Shown piece by piece: positions 62,591 to 64,000 of a stretch of DNA of 64,000 bases. Where the stretch lies: the NCBI GenBank assembly GCA_038087875.1, contig CM075987.1:12710001-12774000 (forward strand). The letters are read 5' to 3'. The notes under the pieces are model-generated. The model was not told the origin of the DNA. It searched no databases and worked only from the letters and a program-made list of their open reading frames with translations. The DNA is from Malacoraja senta. Taxonomy: Eukaryota. Both the position numbers and the translations under genes were made by a program. Each line of letters opens with the position of its first letter. Positions within the stretch are counted from its first letter, which is position 1.

Positions 62591-64000
62591 GACAAGACTT
62601 TCTGAGATATGCTCCACATGATACGTGACCAACCCATGATCTGTCCCCTGATCAGGATGAAGGGAATCTGAACAAATTATTTTAATGAAATGCTGCACAT
62701 TTGCTACATATTCACTGAGGGGATAGTTTGCCAAGGTCATTTACCTTCACAATTAAAAATAGTATGGCTAACTTTGCAGTCCCAGTTCGGATTAACCTTC
62801 CACACAGTGAGAAGTAATGGTTTGTTATCACAACCATGGGCTGGATGAGGGGTTAAGGGGAGAGAGGTTAAGGAGTGAGGGGAAAGTGATGAAAGAAATT
62901 AGGGAAAGACTGAAGTGAAGAGCATGTGGTGTGGTGAGGAGGAGGTTATTATGAGGCTTAGAAACCAGGGAATTTCACAGAATGAATCAGTGGTGTTGTG
63001 ATGATGGGCTTGTTTCTTGTGGTTACCATGTTCTGGTAAAATGTCATGGAACTGCAAAGGACTGTCAACACCCTGTTGTAGGCGTCAGTTCTAACTATGA
63101 GCAGAGACTGCTACACAATTGAAAATCAACAAAAAACTGCAGCTACTAGAAACCTAAAATAAAAACAGAGAACACTGGAAACAGTCTGTGGGGCAGGCAG
63201 CATCTGTGGAAAGAGAAACAAAGCTGATGTTTCAAGTTGGGGATCCTTTGTCGGACCTGATATTAACTTTTATTTCTTTTTCCACAGATGCTGCCTGACC
63301 CAGCATTTTCCACCTCAACTGTAGACACAATCGCCATAGTTCTCTGACCCCTATCCCAGAATTTGCCATTACTGTAAATACAAGATTTTTGTTGCTCTAG
63401 TTTTTGTTTGGTTCTATTTGTTAGTATCTTTCTCCAACAAGAGTTATATTAAGAGCTGGATTACCAGACTCAAATAAGGTTCCCCAGATCCCAAGGGAGG
63501 TTATTTATGGTTGAAATAATAATCACCTTGAGAACGAGGAAAAGACCATGGTCATAGATCATGCCAGAGAATAAAGTTCGATACAGCAATCTGAGTTGAA
63601 ACTATTCACTTTCATAAAGAAAAAGTTTAAATAAATGCCTGCCCTGCTTGCCTATGAAATAAGCCTATCCCGAGGTTCTGGGAAATATTCAGGGCAAGGC
63701 TTAATTTGAGCAAATTGAATCTTGAGTAAGGATAAAAGATCATGGAAGACATGAATGCTGCTGATTATGGCTTAACCCTCAGGGTAAAATTCTGTGATCT
63801 TTTACATTTCTCCTGCCAACTCTGCCCTGATTCCACTGATATCTATGTTGTAATCAAACACTGCCCTTTTGTTTCTATGCTTGGGCTGGTCAGCAGGTCA
63901 CTCAGAAAATTGTATAAACTTCCTGGCATTTAGGAAAGGTTGTGCTATCCAGAAGGAATTCTACTAGAGGAAGATCATGGGCAGAGGGAAGATATAATGA

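Overview
Vertebrate genomic DNA. The repeat landscape (CR1 fragments, tRNA-derived V-SINE/HE1-like SINEs, Penelope-derived palindromic repeats) points to a cartilaginous fish, probably a skate or ray. Two genes lie on the minus strand in the order known from other vertebrates. NRARP (Notch-regulated ankyrin repeat protein) is single-exon, 114 aa, CDS 6727-7071, inside a CpG island. EXD3/mut-7 contributes its last two coding exons (28563-28656 and 27006-27340), encoding the C-terminal Mut7-C zinc ribbon. I found no further EXD3 exon between 28657 and 64000, so that span is probably one large intron. The NRARP promoter has a head-to-head RBPJ/CSL pair with a 15-bp spacer, inverted CCAAT boxes around a G4-capable tract, an E-box and a GC box. 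Mobile DNA includes an IR/DR-type Tc1 element, a hAT (Charlie/Buster-like) element carrying a Helitron 3' end, a 1-kb TIR element with a 7-bp TSD, 3' ends of Vingi-like, HERO-like and L1/Tx1-like LINEs, Rex1, RTE and CR1 fragments, and about 15 Penelope-derived repeats, several with a hammerhead-ribozyme core. I see no clearly new protein-coding system; the most interesting items are regulatory and transposon-structural.
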